The translations under genes were made by a program, and so were the position numbers. A stretch of DNA of 62,952 nt from assembly GCA_012026655.1 (NCBI GenBank), contig JAAILG010001699.1, positions 1 to 62,952 on the forward strand. The letters run 5' to 3'. How positions within the stretch are numbered: the first letter of the stretch is position 1; every line of letters starts with the position of its first letter. Under the pieces are notes generated by a model that worked only from the letters and a program-made list of their open reading frames with translations, did no database searches and was not told the DNA's origin. The stretch comes from Hydrolagus affinis. Its lineage: Eukaryota. Below are positions 61,975 through 62,952 of this stretch, piece by piece.

Positions 61975-62952
61975 AGCCACAAGTGAGTATCATAATATAG
62001 GTAAAAGTGACCGTAATCTTATTAGATTTAGATTACTCATGAACAGGGACAAAGTACAGTCAAGGGTGAAAATGCTTGACTGGAAAAGGGCTAATTTTGA
62101 TGGGCTAAAAAGGGACCTAGAGTTGGTGGACTGGCAAGTAAGACTGGCATGTAAAACGACTCATGAGCAATGGGAGATCTTCAAAGATATGATAGCTCAA
62201 GGTCTAAATAGATATATTCCCACAAAAGGGAAATGTGCGACAACCAAGCCAGCCTGGATGACCAGGGATATTCTGTCTAGGATGAAAAAGAAGAAGATGG
62301 CTTACGACAAGACGCAAGATACTGAGGATGGCAAAGCGCATTATAGAGAATGCAGGAGTGATCTTAAAAGAGTGATAAGACAGGCTAAAAGATCGCATGA
62401 GAAGAGGTTAGTGGATAACATAAAAGGGAATGCTAAAAAATTTTATAAGCACATAAAGGAAAAAAGGTTAGTTAAAGTTAGAGTGGGGCCAATCAAAGAC
62501 AATGATGGCAATCTTGTTGTGGAGGCAGAGGGCATGGCTGATGCACTGAACGAGTACTTTGCATCTGTCTTCACAACATAAATGGATGCCCCAAATGTCG
62601 CAGTATTGGATGAGAGGGTAGAGGAAATAGATCAGATTACTATAGACAGAGAGGAAGTTCTGAAAAGATTGACTGGGCTCAAAATTGATAAGTCACCAGA
62701 ACCAGATGGGTTTCACCCAAGGTTGCTGTGGGAGATACGGGTTCAAATAGCAGAGCCTCTGGCCATTATATTTCAATCTTCATTAGACACAGGAGTGGTG
62801 CCAAGAGACTGGAGAGTGGCTAATGTTACCCCCCTCTACAAAAAGGGGCAGAAAGACAAACCCGGAAATTACAGGCCAGTCAGCCTTACTTCAGTAATAG
62901 GAAAACTACTGGAGACCATAATCCGGGACAGAATAAATTTCTACTTAGAGGA
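61975..62952 (+). mobile_element. CR1 LINE ORF2 fragment (linker and start of RT), runs off the window
   Basis: Encodes LDWKRANFD, PAWMT, NIKGNAKKFYKHI, LNEYFASVFT (stop at 62579-62581), then KSPEPDGFHPRLL, VPRDWRVANVTPLYKKG..DKPGNYRPVSLTSVIGKLLE. Confidence 0.9.

Overview
Vertebrate genomic DNA, probably from a cartilaginous fish (inferred from young L2 LINEs, CR1 and Deu-core tRNA SINEs). Almost the whole window is the 3' part of one + strand, multi-exon gene of the LDL-receptor family, derived from VLDLR, whose entire ectodomain is tandemly multiplied. I traced 57 exons by hand from 638 to the stop codon at 55369 (8748 nt, about 2915 aa; the 5' part lies upstream of the window). They encode the end of one ectodomain module plus four complete modules of [LA repeats-EGF-A-EGF-B-YWTD propeller-EGF-C], with 6, 7, 6 and 8 LA repeats. 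These are followed by two Ser/Thr-rich exons, a single transmembrane helix and a short tail with FENPVF in place of FDNPVY. The modules differ in the residues that LDLR uses for acid-dependent ligand release, and five introns use GC donors. The introns hold L2, CR1 and Tx1/L1 fragments, many SINEs, and an intact non-coding LTR element with two different primer-binding sites; a TA-flanked MITE lies downstream of the gene. There are two assembly gaps (35069-35253, 53361-53460). All exon calls are manual and lack transcript support.
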